Assembly (NCBI GenBank): GCA_964016885.1
Contig: OZ024740.1
Span: 423,894,001 to 423,958,000 of the forward strand
Source: Eledone cirrhosa
Taxonomy: Eukaryota
Direction of reading: 5' to 3'
DNA length: 64,000 nucleotides
Part shown: in pieces, positions 1-14,237 of the stretch
Position numbering within the stretch: the first letter of the stretch is position 1
Layout of the letters: each line of letters starts with the position of its first letter
Notes under the pieces: model-generated
Database searches by the model: none
What the model saw: only the letters and a program-made list of their open reading frames with translations
What the model was told of the DNA's origin: nothing
Translations under genes and position numbers: made by a program

Positions 1-3000
1 TGGTATAGTTGTTAATGGTATGGTTGTCAATGGTATAGTTGTTAATGGCATGGTTGTTAATGGTATGGTTGTTAATGGTATAGTTGTTAATGGTATGGTT
101 GTCAATGGTATGGTTGTCAATGGTATAGTTGTTAATGGTATGGTTGTTAATGGTATAGTTAATGGTATGGTTGTTAATGGTATGGTTGTCAATGGTATGG
201 ATGTTAATGGTATGGTTGTTAATGGTATAATTGTTAATGGTATGGATGTTAATGGTATGGTTGTTAATGGTATGGTTGTTAATGGTATGGTTGTTAATGG
301 TATGGTTGTTAATGGTATAGTTGTCAATGGTATGGTTGTTAATGGTATAGTTGTTAATGGTATAGTTGTCAATGGTATGGATGTTAATGGTATGGTTGTC
401 AATGGTATGGTCGTCAATGGTATGGTCGTCAATGGTATGGATGTTAATGGTATAGTTGTCAATGGTATGGATATTAATGGTATGGTTGTCAATGGGATGG
501 TTGCGAATGGTATAGTTGTGAATAGTATGGTTGTCAATGGTATGGATGTTAATGGTATAGTTGTTAATGGGATGGATGTTAGTGTTATAGTTGTCAATGG
601 TATAGTTGTCAATGGTATGGATGTTGATGGTATGGATGTTAATGGTGTGGATGTTGATGGTATGGTTGTCAATGGTATGGTTGTCACTGGTATGGTTGTC
701 ACTGGTATGGTTGTCAATGTTATGGATGTTAAAGTTATGGTTGTTAATGGTATAGTTGTCAATGGTATGGATGTTAATGGTATGGTTGTTAATGGTATAG
801 TTGTTAATGGTATAGTTGTCAATGGTATGTTTGTCAATTGTATGGTTGTCAATGGTATGGTTGTCAATGGTATGGATGTTAATGGTATAGTTGTTAATGG
901 TATGGTTGTTAATGGTATGGATGTCAATGTTATGGTTGTTAATGGTATAGTTGTCAATGGTATGGTTGTCAATGGTATGGATGTTAATGGTATAGCTGTT
1001 AATGGTTTGGTTGTTAATGGTATAGTTGTTAATGGTATGGTTGTCAATGGTATGGATGTTAATGGTATGGTTGTTAATGGTATAGTTGTCAATGGTATAG
1101 TTGTTAATGGTATAGTTGTTAATGGTATAGTTGTTAATGGTATAGTTGTTAATGGTATGGTTGTCAATGGTATGGATGTTAATGGTATGGTTGTCAATGG
1201 TATGGATGTTAATGGTATGGTTGTCAATGGTATGGATGTTAATGATATAATTGTCAATGGTATGGTTGTTAATGGTATGGATGTTAATGGTATAGTTGTC
1301 AATGGTATGGATGTTAATGGTATGGTTGTCAATGGTATGGATGTTAATGATATAGTTGTTAATGGTATAATTGTCAATGGTATAGTTGTTAATGGTATGG
1401 ATGTTAATGGTATGTTTGTCAATGGTATGGTTGTCAATGGTATGGATGTAAATGGTATGGATGTTAATGGTATAGTGGTCAATGGTATGGATGTTAATGG
1501 TATGGATGTTAATGGGATGGTTGCGAATGGTATGGATGTTAATGGTATAGTTGTTAATGGTATGGATGTTAATGGTATAGTTGTTAATGGTATGGATGTT
1601 AATGTTATATGTGTCAATGGTATGGATGTTAATGGTATGGATGTTAATGGTATAGTTGTTAATGGTATGGATGTTAATGGTATGGTTGTTAATGGTATGG
1701 ATGTTAATGTTATAGTTGTCAATGGTATGGATGTTAATGGTATGGATGTTAATGGTATGGATGTTAATGTTATAGTTGTCAATGGTATGGATGTTAATGG
1801 TATGGATGTTAATGGTATGGATGTTAATGGTATGGTTGTCAATGGTATGGTTGGCAATGGTATAGTTAATGGTATGGATGTTAATGGTATGGTTGTCAAT
1901 GGTATAGTTGTTAATGGTATGGTTGTTAATGGTATGGTTGTCAATGGTATGGTTGTTAATGGTATGGTTCTTAATGGTATAGTTGTCAATGGTATAGTTG
2001 TTAATGGTATGGTTGTTAATGGTATAGTTGTTAATGGTATGGTTGTTAATGGTATGGTTGTTAATGGTATGGTTGTCAATGGTATAGTTGTTAATGGTAT
2101 GGTTGTTAATGGTATAGTTAATGGTATGGTTGTTAATGGTATGGTTGTCAATGGTATGGATGTTAATGGTATGGATGTTAATGGTATGGATGTTAATGGT
2201 ATGGTTGTTAATGATATGGTTGTTAATGGTATAGTTGTTAATGGTATAGTTGTTAATGGTATAGTTGTCAATGGTATGGATGTTAATGGTATGGTTGTCA
2301 ATGGTATGGTGGTCAATGGTATGGATGTTAATGGTATAGTTGTCAATGGTATGGTTGTCAATGGTATGGATATTAATGGTATAGTTGTCAATGGGATGGT
2401 TGCGAATGGTATAGTTGTGAATAGTATGGTTGTCAATGGTATGGATGTTAATGGTATAGTTGTTAATGGGATGGATGTTAATGTTATAGTTGTCAATGGT
2501 ATGGATGTTAATGGTATGGATGTTGATGGTATGGTTGTCGATGGTATGGTTCTCAATGGTATGGTTGTCACTGGTATGGTTGTCAATGGTATGGATGTTA
2601 ATGTTATGGTTGTTAATGGTATAGTTGTCAATGGTATGGATGTTAATGGTATGGTTGTTAATGGTATAGTTGTCAATGTTATGTTTGTCAATAGTATGGT
2701 TGTCAATGGTATAGTTGTCAATGGTATGGTTGTCAATGGTATGGATGTTAATGGTATGGATGTTAATGGTATAGTTGTTAATGGTATGGTTGTTAATGGA
2801 ATGGATGTCAATGTTATGGTTGTTAATGGTATAGTAGTTAATGGTATGGTTGTTAATGGTATGGTTGTTAATGGTATGGTTGTTAGTGGTATGGTTGTTA
2901 ATGGTATAGTTGTTAATGGTATGGTTGTCAATGGTATGGATGTTAATGATATAGTTGTTAATGGTATAATTGTCAATGGTATGGATGTTAATGATATAGT

Positions 3001-4328
3001 TGTTAATGGTATGATTGTCAATGGTATAGTTGTTAATGGTATGGATGTTAATGGTATGGTTGTCAATGGTATGGATGTTAATGATATAGTTGTTAATGGT
3101 ATGGTTGTCAATGGTATGGATGTTAATGATATAGTTGTTAATGGTATAGTTGTTAATGGTATGGATGTTAATGGTATGGTTGTCAATGGTATGGATGTTA
3201 ATGGTATAGTTGTCAATGGTATGATTGTCAATGGTATGGATGTCAACGGTATGGTTGTCAATGGTATTGTTGTCAATGGTATGGTTGTCAATGGTATGGA
3301 AGTTAATGGTATATTTGTTTATGGGATGGATGTTAATGGTATGGTTGTCAATGGTATGGATGTTAATGATATAGTTGTTAATGGTATAGTTGTCAATGGT
3401 ATAGTTGTCAATGGTATGGATGTCAATGGTATGGTTGTCAATGGTACGGTTGTCAATGGTATGGATGTTAATGGTATAGTTCTTAATGGTATGGTTGTCA
3501 ATAGTTTGGTTGTCAATGGTATAGTTGTCAATGTTATGGTTGTCAACGGTATGGTTGTTAATGGTATGGATGTCAATGGTATGGTTGTCAATGGTATGGA
3601 TGTTAATGGTATGGTAGTCAATGGTATAGTTGTTAATGGTATGGATGTCAATGGTATGGATGTTAATGGTATGGATGTTAATGATATGGTTGGTAATGGT
3701 ATGGATGTCAATTGTCAATGGTATGGTTGTCAATGGTATGGATGTTAATGGTATAGTTGTCAATGGTATGGTAGTCAATGGTATGGTTGTCAATGGTATG
3801 GTTGTCAATGGTATGGATGTTAATGGTATGGATGTTAATGGTATGGATGTTAATGGTATGGATGTTAATGGTATGGATGTTAATGGTATAGTTGTCAATG
3901 GTATGGTTGTCAATGGTATGGATGTCAATGGTATGGATGTCAATGGTATGGTTGTTAATGGTATAGTTGTCAATGGTATGGATGTTAATGGTATGGATGT
4001 TAATGGTATAGTTGTTAATGGTATGGATGTCAATGGTATAGTTGTCAATGGTATAGTTGTCAATGGTATGGATGTTAAGGTATGGATGTTAATGGTATAG
4101 TTGTTAATGGTACGGTTGTTAATGGTATAGTTGTTAATGGTATGGATGTTAATGGTATAGTTGTCAATGGTATGGATGTTAATGGTATGGATGTTAATGG
4201 TATAGTTGTTAATGGTATAGTTGTCAATGGTATGGATGTTAATGGTATGGATGTTAATGGTATAGTTGTCAATCGTATAGTTGTTAATGATATGGATGTT
4301 AATGGTATGGTTGTCAATGGTATGGTTG
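1..4328. repeat. 15-bp minisatellite (consensus AATGGTATGGTTGTY, variants ATAG/GGAT), truncated by window start
   Basis: Continuous 15-nt periodicity with occasional 12-nt units; explains the MVVNG/MDVNG ORFs. Confidence 0.97.
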
Positions 4329-4817
4329 TATCACCAATGCTACACTGTCTAATGTAACAATATTTAATAATCAATGGTTTACTCCAACTAGATGTAAATT
4401 AATAAATATCACCAGCATCCATGTGGTTATGTGATCTGCTAAAATAGGTAGCCAAATTGCCATCAAATCATATTTTACCATCATTGAAAAGAAAAAAAGA
4501 TACATTTGATGAAATTCTTGATACACTAAAGACCAAACTAAAAAGACAATGATGAAGACTAGTACACAACTGGTACTGACCTGAAACTACAACTATATAA
4601 GGACAAGAGGGCAGTGTACAATCCCTTACTACAAAATAACTGGGACAATTTGTATACTGATTATTTTGTTACCTTCAAAGTAAAAAGCTCAAATCTTTTG
4701 AAGAGTGAGAAAAACGAGAAAAAAATGAAGAAAATGTTGAGATAGGTTGGCATTCAATCGAAGAGGTTTAATACCAAAGAAAAACTGAAGTAAAACACAT
4801 TTTCAACACATGTCAAT

Positions 4818-5725
4818 ATATAGAGGAATCCCTCACATTACGGAAATATTCTTTTTCTGAAAATCTTGCCATAAACACAACACTTACTTCCCCATTTATT
4901 CTCGTGTTATAATGTGAGATGCTCTCCGACATAGTTTTGAAAAAACACAACCACAGCAACGAAAACAAAAAAAAAACAAAAAAAACAATAACTATTTTAT
5001 GCACGAAAATAATTTCCAAACACACAATATTAAATGTATACAGGACACCATTTGAAGAGAAATATGTTAGGGAATAAATAAGAATTAAAATATCATAAAA
5101 AGGGTACAATATTAGGAGAAAAGATGTTGGTGTGTGAGGGGAGGTGGTGGAATGAGAGTTACACTCTATATTACAGTTCATCATCATCATCATCATCAAC
5201 ATTTGTTTAGAAGATGAAGAACTTATTTAAAATTGTTAGATGTTTATGGTGCATCATCTTTTTGTACAGTTCACTGTAAGAAATGAGCTAATTATAAACT
5301 CCTCTTGTAATTTTGATATATTATTCATGATTAAGGTTGTGTCAGCAAAATCTTGCAAACCTTCCTCTATAAGGACCAAAACCCTTTAGCAAATATTTGT
5401 TGTCAATTAAAGAGTGAAGTTGGTGGAATTTATTCATTTTCAGCTTGCTCTTATTTTTTTAACAGCATCAGCTTTTCATTAGACAGACTTTTTCTATGGG
5501 ACACTAGCAACTTAATCATATCATACCCTATGACTTCTTCAGACCTTACATCATTTGCAAGAGCCACAATATTTTTCTGAGTTTGATGTCGACTTTCTAC
5601 TTGTGGTAAAATTTGTAAATTCTTAGTATACAACATGGTCATATATTTTTCTAAGCACCATTCAACGATGAAGATTTTACTTCATATCATGACTCAGCTA
5701 TATTGTACATCTTGATCCAACAGCT
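4818..5725 (-). mobile_element. Degraded Tigger/pogo-like (CENP-B family) DNA transposon remnant
   Basis: Minus-strand frameshifted translation of 5300-5640 gives IVALANDVRSEEVIGYDMIKLLVSHRKSLSNEKLMLL...AKGF..LIEEGLQDFAD, resembling a Tigger transposase C-terminus; possible worn TIR near 4820. Confidence 0.45.
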
Positions 5726-5765
<40 letters not shown>

Positions 5766-6061
5766 CGAGCTGAGGATCTGCTAAGGTGAAAAGATTGTTC
5801 TCGGTATGGTGAACTAACTGTTGTGTAACCACTTCTACCTAACTCGTCCCATGGACTGAGTACTCTACCACTACGGATATTACCTTCCAGTGTTCTACCA
5901 CTATATATATATATGCCCCAGCATGGCCTCAGCCAGATGGCTGGAACAGGTATAAGAGTAAAAGAGTATATGTGTATCTTAATCCAATAACTTAAGTAAA
6001 GAAGTTGTATTCATGGATGGCTGGATATATATATATATATACATTCTACTCTCACATTATC

Positions 6062-6348
6062 TAAAGTCTGTTTTGAGCCCAGAGGTTCATCAGGCTGGTG
6101 TTTATCCAAGTTTCTGTGGCATTAAGTGACTACGAGTACATGACTTCCCCCTGAACATGGCACCAGTCCATCACAGGCGTAAACCCCCAGCTATTGCTGG
6201 AACTCATTTTCAGCTGAGTATACTGGAGCAACGTGAAATGAAGTGTTTTGTTCAAGAACACAACACACAACCAGGTCCAGGAATCGAACCCACAACATTA
6301 TGATTGTAAGTCCAACACCCTTACCACATGATTAAAAACCTCCACACT
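6062..6348 (-). mobile_element. tRNA-derived SINE (CORE-like central domain)
   Basis: Reverse strand has B-box GGTTCGATTCC then TGTTCTTGAACAAAACACTTCATTTCAC; near copy at 42535-42808. Confidence 0.75.
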
Positions 6349-6482
6349 CAGATTATCAGAAAGCTCAGTTGCCACCTTACACCCTTGACTTATGACATAC
6401 AACACATGTAGGTAGCTATAGTGACAATGTTGTCTGGCTGGCATTGAAGTTACTACCATTGGTTAGACAAATGTTTGTTGGT

Positions 6483-6845
6483 TTCTAGTTATGGTGTTGG
6501 TGGTAGTAGTTATGGTATTGGTGTTGGTGGTAGTAGTTATGGTATTGGTGTTGGTGGTAGTAGTTATGGTATTGGTGTTGGTGGTAGTAGTTATGGTATT
6601 GGTGTTGGTGGTAGTAGTTATGGTATTGGTGTTGGTGGTAGTAGTTATGGTATTGGTGTTGGTGGTAGTAGGTATGGTATTGGTGTTGGTGGTAGTAGTT
6701 ATGGTATTGGTGTTGGTGGTAGTAGTTATGGTATTGGTGTTGGTGGTAGTAGTTATGGTATTGGTGTTGGTGGTAGTAGTTATGGTATTGGTGTTGGTGG
6801 TAGTAGTTATGGTATTGGTGTTGGTGGTAGTAGGTATGGTATGGG
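6483..6845. repeat. 27-bp minisatellite GGTATTGGTGTTGGTGGTAGTAGTTAT, about 13 copies, continuing degenerately at 7031-7370
   Basis: Direct tandem periodicity; interrupted by an RTE tail. Confidence 0.95.
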
Positions 6846-6857
6846 ATTAGTGGTAGT

Positions 6858-7030
6858 CATCATCATCATCATCATCATTTTACGTCCGCTCTTCCCTGCT
6901 TGCAAGGGTGGGATGGGTCTTATTCAGCACAGCATCTCTCCACTTGTCACGGTCCTTCGTCATCTCCACCGTGATCTTCAGCGATCTGAGGTCTGTTCTC
7001 ACCACCTCCGCCCATGTTTTTCGTGGTCTA
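6858..7030 (-). mobile_element. RTE LINE 3' end (subfamily C, simple tail)
   Basis: (CAT)n then TTTTACGTCCGCT...CTTGCAAGGGTGGGA; matches 57739-57910 and 44724-44890. Confidence 0.85.
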
Positions 7031-7625
7031 GTAGTTATGGTATTGGTGGTAGTAGTTATGGTATGGTGTTGGTGGTGGTAGTTATGTTATTAGTGGTAAT
7101 AGGTATGGTATTGGTGGTAGTAGTTATGGTATTAGTGGTAGTAGTTATGGTATTGGTGGTAGTAGTTTTGGTATGGTGTTGGTGGTGGTAGGTATGGTAT
7201 TAGTGGTAGTAGTTATGGTATTAGTGGTAGTAGTTATGGTATTGGTGGTAGTAGTTATGGTATTGGTGGTAGTAGTTATGGTATGGTGTTGGTGGTGGTT
7301 ATGGTATAGTGTTTGTTATGATGTAGTGGTGGTAGGTATGGTATTGGTGGTGGTTGTATTGGTTGGTATTGTGAGTAAAGACTGTAATGATATTGTTGTT
7401 GTTTAGTCCCAGGACAATCTTCATTGAGCAGACATAAGATCAAAGATATTTCATTCAACTTTTAAAATACACAAGGGTACCCCAATATCTGATGTAATTG
7501 GCTGATAATGGGGTTACTTATCTTGTTTGTATTGTTGTTGTTTGGTCAGTAAAGATAGTCTGGTAATAGTGGTGGTGGGGGTATTGGTTTTAGTGTTGCT
7601 ATTGATGGTAGTGGTCATATATATA

Positions 7626-7733
7626 ATCATCAGTGTCGTTTAACATCTATTTTCCATGCTAGCATGGGTTAGATGGGTTGTTCTATTTGAGGCAAATCAG
7701 GTCAGGTGACTGTATCTTGCTCATACAGAACTG
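7626..7733 (-). mobile_element. SINE/RTE-type 3' tail fragment
   Basis: TTTAAC...TTCCATGCTAGCATGGGTTAGA, the reverse complement of the tail at 8060-8117. Confidence 0.7.
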
Positions 7734-7745
7734 TATATATATATA

Positions 7746-7950
7746 ACAAAGGAAATGTGGTAAGGAACCAGATGGACCATAACACACCAGAGTACTCAAT
7801 ATTTAGGGTAGTAGAGTGGGAAATAGGAAAAAGTATGATCCCGACGGCAGAGCTCAAGCTGTTTCGACGGCTATTCTGGATGGCTATCGAGTCCAGAAAT
7901 AGCCGTTGAAATGGCTTGAGCTCTGCCGTCGGGGTCATACTTTTCCCTAC
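7746..7950. mobile_element. Fold-back (hairpin) element between TA arrays, probably a Penelope-like terminal repeat fragment
   Basis: Inverted arms about 7824-7880 / 7892-7949; same family and same outer end as 58882-59087. Confidence 0.65.
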
Positions 7951-7962
7951 ATATATATATAT

Positions 7963-8117
7963 AAGGCGTTAGGAAGGGCATCCAGCTGTAGAAAACCAGC
8001 CAGAAACAGTCCTATATGAGCGAGACACGGTCACTCGACCCAACATTCCTCAAGTGGCACAAACCTGTCTAACCCATGCTAGCGTGGAAGATAGACGTTA
8101 AACAATGATGATGATGA
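7963..8117 (+). mobile_element. SINE/RTE-type 3' half with (ATG)n tail
   Basis: GTTAGGAAGGGCATCCAGCTGTAGAAAA...AACCCATGCTAGCGTGGAA...GACGTTAAAC(ATG)n. Confidence 0.8.
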
Positions 8118-8644
8118 TATATATATATATACACACATTCAGTCACACATACATATACACACACACACACATGCGTATATATACATTCAGACACACATGC
8201 ATACACACACACACATATAAAAAGAGACAAACACATATCACTGAAGGTGGAAAGATATATAATATAACCAGTAAAAACAAAATAGAATGTTCACCAATTC
8301 CTACAACATACAACATTTGTTCTTTTGGTAAATGTAGCACTGATAACAGTGAAAGTTACTTAAAGTTGGTATGAAGAAGGAGAAGAATATTTGATGATAG
8401 CAGAATTCAGCAAATGAGAAAATAAATGTTTTAGAATGTGGAAAAATAAAACCTTCGAATCCATGTGAGGAATCCTCACAGACACCTTCAATAACTATTT
8501 TCACAAACGCCACACAATGCATTCTTCAGATATGGCAGAAATTGTTATACTTCCAAGTAAATGTTAGTTCCACATTCTTTTTAAGCAGTGATGGATGAAC
8601 AGAAGACATGTTAAGAGGAACACAAGTGATACACACAACATTGG

Positions 8645-9112
8645 ATATATATACACTTACATTACACTATATTCTTCTGATACACTATATATATACTTCT
8701 GATACATTATATATACACTTACATTACACTATATTCTTCTGATACACTATATATATACTTCTGATACATTATATATACACTTACATTACACTATATACTT
8801 CTGACACACTATGTATATATATATATACACACTTCCATTACACTATATGCACTTACATTAGACTAACCACACTTCCAATACACTATATACACTTCCAACA
8901 CACTATATATACACTTCCAATACATTATATACATTGCCAACATACTATATACACTTCCAATACACTATATACATTGCCAACATACTATATACACCTCCAA
9001 TACACTATATACACTATATACATTGCCAACATACACTATATACATTGCCAACATACTATATACACTTCCAATACACTATATACACACTTCCAATACACTA
9101 TATACACTTGCA
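8645..9112. repeat. Degenerate ~20-bp minisatellite (ACACTTCCAATACACTATAT-like)
   Basis: Repeated ACACTATATACAC/TTCCAA/TTGCCAA units. Confidence 0.8.
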
Positions 9113-9567
9113 ATGCCATGAGTTGCGACCAGTAGATAGTATCAGCAATGGAAACATTGTTTCCTTGGTCTGATTTGACAAGTTCTACTTCACTGGGTTA
9201 GCAAATGAGCTCTGAGATCTTGTTGATTGTTTATTGCTGCTATTTTTAGCAGGTCAAAAAATTATATAGAGTGGAGTCACCAAAACAATTTGCATTGGTG
9301 ACACAGTTTTTCAAAATAAAATTCTTTGTGACACATTAGATTTTCTTAGAAACATAAAAATAAATGATATTTTAACGATAAAAAAATTAAGTATCATATC
9401 ACATGACTCTAGTCTAATTGAATGTAGAGTTATCAGATTTCAAATATATACACACAATATATATATATATATATATATATGTAGGAGGTGAGTTTTATTG
9501 TAGTACAATAAAGCAATGCAAATATCGGATAAGTAGCACTCTACAGTTTGTAGGACTGGAGTATAAA

Positions 9568-9716
9568 AAATATATAAGATCAAAAGATGGTTAAAAGAGT
9601 TCCAAGTATTTTATTATGCGCATTTCAAAAACAAATATCATCTCATGATGATATTTGTTTTTGAAATGCGCATAATAAAATACTTGGAACTCTTTTAACC
9701 ATCTTTTGATCTTATA

Positions 9717-9721
<5 letters not shown>
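9568..9721. repeat. Perfect 75-bp-arm inverted repeat with 4-nt loop
   Basis: 9568-9642 is the exact reverse complement of 9647-9721; followed by (TA)n. Confidence 0.95.
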
Positions 9722-9755
<34 letters not shown>

Positions 9756-9758
<3 letters not shown>

Positions 9759-9958
9759 CGTGTAGGTAACATGGTAAAAAGCTCACAGTCCACACTGTAA
9801 ATGTGGTTGGTGTTAGGAAGGGCATCCAGCCATAGAAAACCTGCCAGTTAGTCCTATACAAGCGAGACACGGTCACCCAACCAATCTTGCCTCAAGTGGG
9901 ACAATTCCTGTCTAACCCATGTTAGCGTGGAAGATAGACGTTAAACAATGATGATGAT
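9756..9958 (+). mobile_element. SINE/RTE-type 3' half with (ATG)n tail
   Basis: Same GGAAGGGCATCCAG domain and tail as other copies; starts directly after (TA)n. Confidence 0.8.
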
Positions 9959-10029
9959 ATGTACACACACACACACATATAAATGTATACACACACACAT
10001 TATATATATATGTGTATATATATATATAC

Positions 10030-10060
<31 letters not shown>

Positions 10061-10895
10061 CATACATACATATATATATGTATATATATATATATATATT
10101 AATATATTACTTGGATCTTCAATATTTCTCTTTACTTCCCAATGTGTGTAGAATGTAAAATAACAATTGTACCACATATGTTTAGAGAAGCAGCATACTC
10201 CATGTAAAACACCAGACTTGCCCAAACCCTTTTAGCTCTGGCAATAAAAGCTATTTCATATATTAAGACATTTCCTACACTACAAATTGATTTTCGACTT
10301 AGACTTTTCTATATATTAAGTTACCCACACACAGAAACCATAAATATTGCAACTACTTTTCATATCTCTCTCTCTCCCACATCCCATACCATTCTTTCTT
10401 GTTTTCCCATTATCAATGCTTCCATCTACCACCACCATCATCATCACTGGCATCAACATCATCCTCTTTTCTCCACTAAACTATGAGGTTGTGCTCATCT
10501 TGGCCAAATTAAAGATGTTTCATGGCTGCCATAGAGTGAAGGCCAAATTGTACAGAAATAGCACTGACAGCCATTAGAACACCACTGAGACCAACCAGTA
10601 TTGTAAGGTGAACTCCATTTCAAAATATGGAAGAAAGAAAGGCATGAACATTTCCAACTCTCATTTAATGATCCTTCTTAGAAGTTAAATTTTCCATCGT
10701 TAATTAGAAAAATTACAATACTACTATTGACATTAGTCTACTCTCTCTGTCTCCACACACACATTCATATATATATGTATATATATATACACATACACAC
10801 ACACACACATACATATGACTGAACTGAATACAGGCGTTTCCATTCCTTCCTCTTCTCACTCACTATCTTTCTATTTCTTCTTTTATTTTTCATTC

Positions 10896-10935
10896 TATCT
10901 TCTGATGAAGGACTATTGTCCGAAATGTTAAGACT
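10896..10935 (+). ncRNA. Degenerate minimal type I hammerhead ribozyme motif
   Basis: CTGATGA-A-GGAC TATT GTCC-GAAA-TGT-TA; stem II intact, stems I and III weak. Confidence 0.45.
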
Positions 10936-11671
10936 CTTTTCTTACTATATCAAGTAATTCTTCATTGTACTGTGTTGTTTGCTTTGTTATTTCTGTTTAA
11001 TTTTTGCACACACACACACAAAAAGGAGAAATGGTTGGGGACTAATACTTTATGGACTCCAAGTGTATGAAAGACAAAGTCGACTCCAACTGGACTTTTC
11101 ACGTCAGATCATAAGCATTCTATTTGATGTTCTAATGACTCATTTTAATATGGAAGAAATGAGAAACAATACTGTTTTTTAGCTCGGATAATGAAACATT
11201 TAGATGGTACACTAGAGTTATTAACTAGGGCAGATAAAATTAAGTGTTCTGAGCCAGAGACTCAAAAGAAAGCAAAGCAATCCCTGCAATGGGATATGAA
11301 CTTAGAACCAAAGAGACAGGAGTAGTCTAATAGTTTATACACTTAGCCTTTTCATTTCAACATTTATTTCATAATGATGATAATAATAATAATAATAAGA
11401 AGAAGAATGATAATAGTAGTAACAACAGTAATAGCATCGTCATCATCAGCAAGTAGAGCAAAATCCGATGACAATGACTGTGCCGAGTAAGCTTCATTCC
11501 ATTTGGCTCATTAAAATTCATTCTACTTAAACGAACATCCTCAGAGATCAATTTTGGAGACAGATATTTTTCAAAAAATGAAAAATTCTCCACCATTAAA
11601 ATGCATTAAATACAACATCTAAAGTAATGAACAGAGGAAAAAATTTGATAATAATAACAAGAATGATAATA

Positions 11672-11723
<52 letters not shown>
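11672..11723. repeat. (GAT)n microsatellite
   Basis: Direct observation. Confidence 0.95.
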
Positions 11724-11724
<1 letters not shown>

Positions 11725-13136
11725 AATCAGCCAGCATTAAAACAACAGTAGCATCAACATTATTATTTTAGAATAGAATGAGTCACCAATTTTCCATATT
11801 AGATTACTGATATTTTTTCGAGATGGCAACACAATGAGATGTGTAGAATATCTTAGCCTGTACTAGCAGACATACTGTGAAGAATTTAGATAATTTCTTG
11901 ATAAACCTAGAGAAGATGATGCTATTATAATGAAGAATTATAGATTGTTTCTTCATATACTAACTGCAGCCTAGAAATAATTATCTCATGGTGTTTGATG
12001 ACGTATCAAGCCTTGCTCTTATCTCTTTCTCTCTCCTCCTCAAGCAGTTACATCATTTAATATTATCTTGCAAGAATTCAGTTAGCTTGTCAACATTTTG
12101 ACACTTCACAAATGTGTTATTTAAATCTGGTAGCAGTACATTGCATAATTGGTAGCTTGTCATTACATTGATGATAATCTAACAAAGTGGTTTAGTCCTA
12201 GTCACTGCAATAATTGCTTCTTTCTTGCCAACTAACAAATCTCTGGTCAATATTATTGCCTCTACCATGTCACATGAATAACATGGCACACACAACAAAA
12301 CAGAACGGACATGCATAGTTTTATTTAAGCACAGAATGCTGTTTAACTTGTTCTTTACACATTTGTTATCAATTCAACCAAGACCAGTTCTGGTTCTATG
12401 AAATAAAACTATCCATTTTAAAGGTTTCCAATTTAATTTTAAATCTTAAAACATAATTTTATATATGCATGTATTTGTGTATATATCATGCTTTATACAC
12501 TGTTCACTTTCCTGACATTTTTACATTATTCTATATACTATACATGTACCTTTGATGAGTTATAGTGCACCTGAGCTCTGTACACAACAATTTTCATTAT
12601 TATAAGAACATTACTATCTTAGTAATGAAATAACTAATAGTTTTAGTAAATCCTTCTAAATTCTTTGTTAATAAATTGAAATAGAGTGTATTTCATTAGA
12701 AATATAGTCATGAAAGGGTTAATTCCAGGTCAGCTCTGGTTGGACAGACCAATGATTAAAAGATATTCCAGTCATGGCCATCCTGTCACCTTTAATAAGA
12801 TTTCCATATCTAGGTTTACATTAGCTATGGTGTTCATCCTTCTTAAGATAATGGCTTCTGATTTAGGCACAAGGCCAACAATTTTTGGGCAGAGGGGAAA
12901 CACAATTAAATCCACTCCAGTACATCACTGGTACTTTATTTTATCAACCATGAAAGGCAAAGCTAACCTCAGTGGAATTTGAACTTATAATGTAAAGGGA
13001 TGTAACTATATGCCACAAAGCATGTTGTGCCAATTCTTTTTGAGATAATAATATGAGTGAGATTTGGTTGCTATGCCTAGAAGGGCAAGCAATCCTGTAA
13101 TGCTGTCAGAAGCTCCAACAGGTCATGTAGTGTTTA

Positions 13137-13375
13137 ACACCATACCATACCATATCACACCATATCATACCATATCTTACCATACCACATCACACCATAC
13201 ACCACCACACCAGATCACACCATACGACACCATACCATATCATACCAAACCATATCATACCATATCTTACCATACCACACCACACCATACACCACCATAC
13301 CATATCATACCACACCACACCACACCATACCACACCACATCACACCACACCACACCACATCACATCACACCACAC
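13137..13375. repeat. Pentanucleotide satellite (CACAC/CATAC/CATAT)
   Basis: 5-nt periodicity; explains the His/Thr/Pro-rich ORF. Confidence 0.9.
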
Positions 13376-14237
13376 CCAGGAGTGAAACCTATTGTCTACC
13401 TCAGTAACACAAAGCTGGCTAAAGCAGAACTGGCTGGGAGTTACAATAACCTCCACAATCCCCATCACCCCCACGACAACGACCACTACCACCACCATCC
13501 CCACAACAGCGACCACTACCACCACCATCACAACCCTCACCACTATCAAACTAACAAAGTGCTGTTTACCTCATTGATTGTTTCATCTGTTTTAGATTCA
13601 ATGTATTTATAGAAGAGATAGTGCTGTTATTGTTCTAACAATTTTCACACCTTACAAGGTAAAGCTGTTGTTTAATTCAGAAGAGATTTCATTCCTAATT
13701 CTAGAACATCACTTCCATTAACTTCATTTTATTTTTTCTTCAAATATTCTTCAAAAATAATTTAATTTTTAATTACTATTACATTCTGCAGTTATTTTAA
13801 CTACTTTAGTCATTAAAATTCATAAAATTTCTGCTGTAGTTGAAAACCACCAAATAGTTTTAATTACTTATTTCTCACTTGCTTTTATGAAGAAATATTT
13901 CTTTAAAATTCAACAAAAATTACATTTACTTCTAAGCACCAGTTTTCCACTCGTCAAAGGTGTTGTTTTTTTAGATGAATAATCATTAAAATAGTGTTTT
14001 ATCTTTGCTAAACATATAGACATATATATATACAATTAAGTTTCGTTATTTGTTTTCATATATATATATAAATATATATATATGGCTAAGTATTAGAAAA
14101 TATTGCTGCACAGCTATAGAGTAAAAGGTTCAGTCTCACTGTGTAACACCTTGGACAAGAGTCTTCTACTTTAGCCATAGGTTGACCAATGCCATGAGAG
14201 TGAAATTTGGAAGACAAGAACTGAACAGAAGCTTTTA

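Noticed and set aside
20-3748. 1242-aa MVVNG-repeat ORF as a gene
   Set aside because: Explained by a stop-free 15-bp minisatellite; no unique domain, and frameshifts occur near 3710 and 4078.
5763-5800. TGACGA...GAAA hammerhead-like motif
   Set aside because: First core C and stem I are missing, and stem II pairing is poor.
6475-7191. Gly/Tyr-rich ORF resembling a structural protein (GIGVGGSSY)n
   Set aside because: Non-ATG start, no signal peptide, near-identical nucleotide units, and it runs through an antisense RTE tail.
13064-13612. His/Pro-rich ORF
   Set aside because: Pentanucleotide and CAC microsatellites with a non-ATG start.
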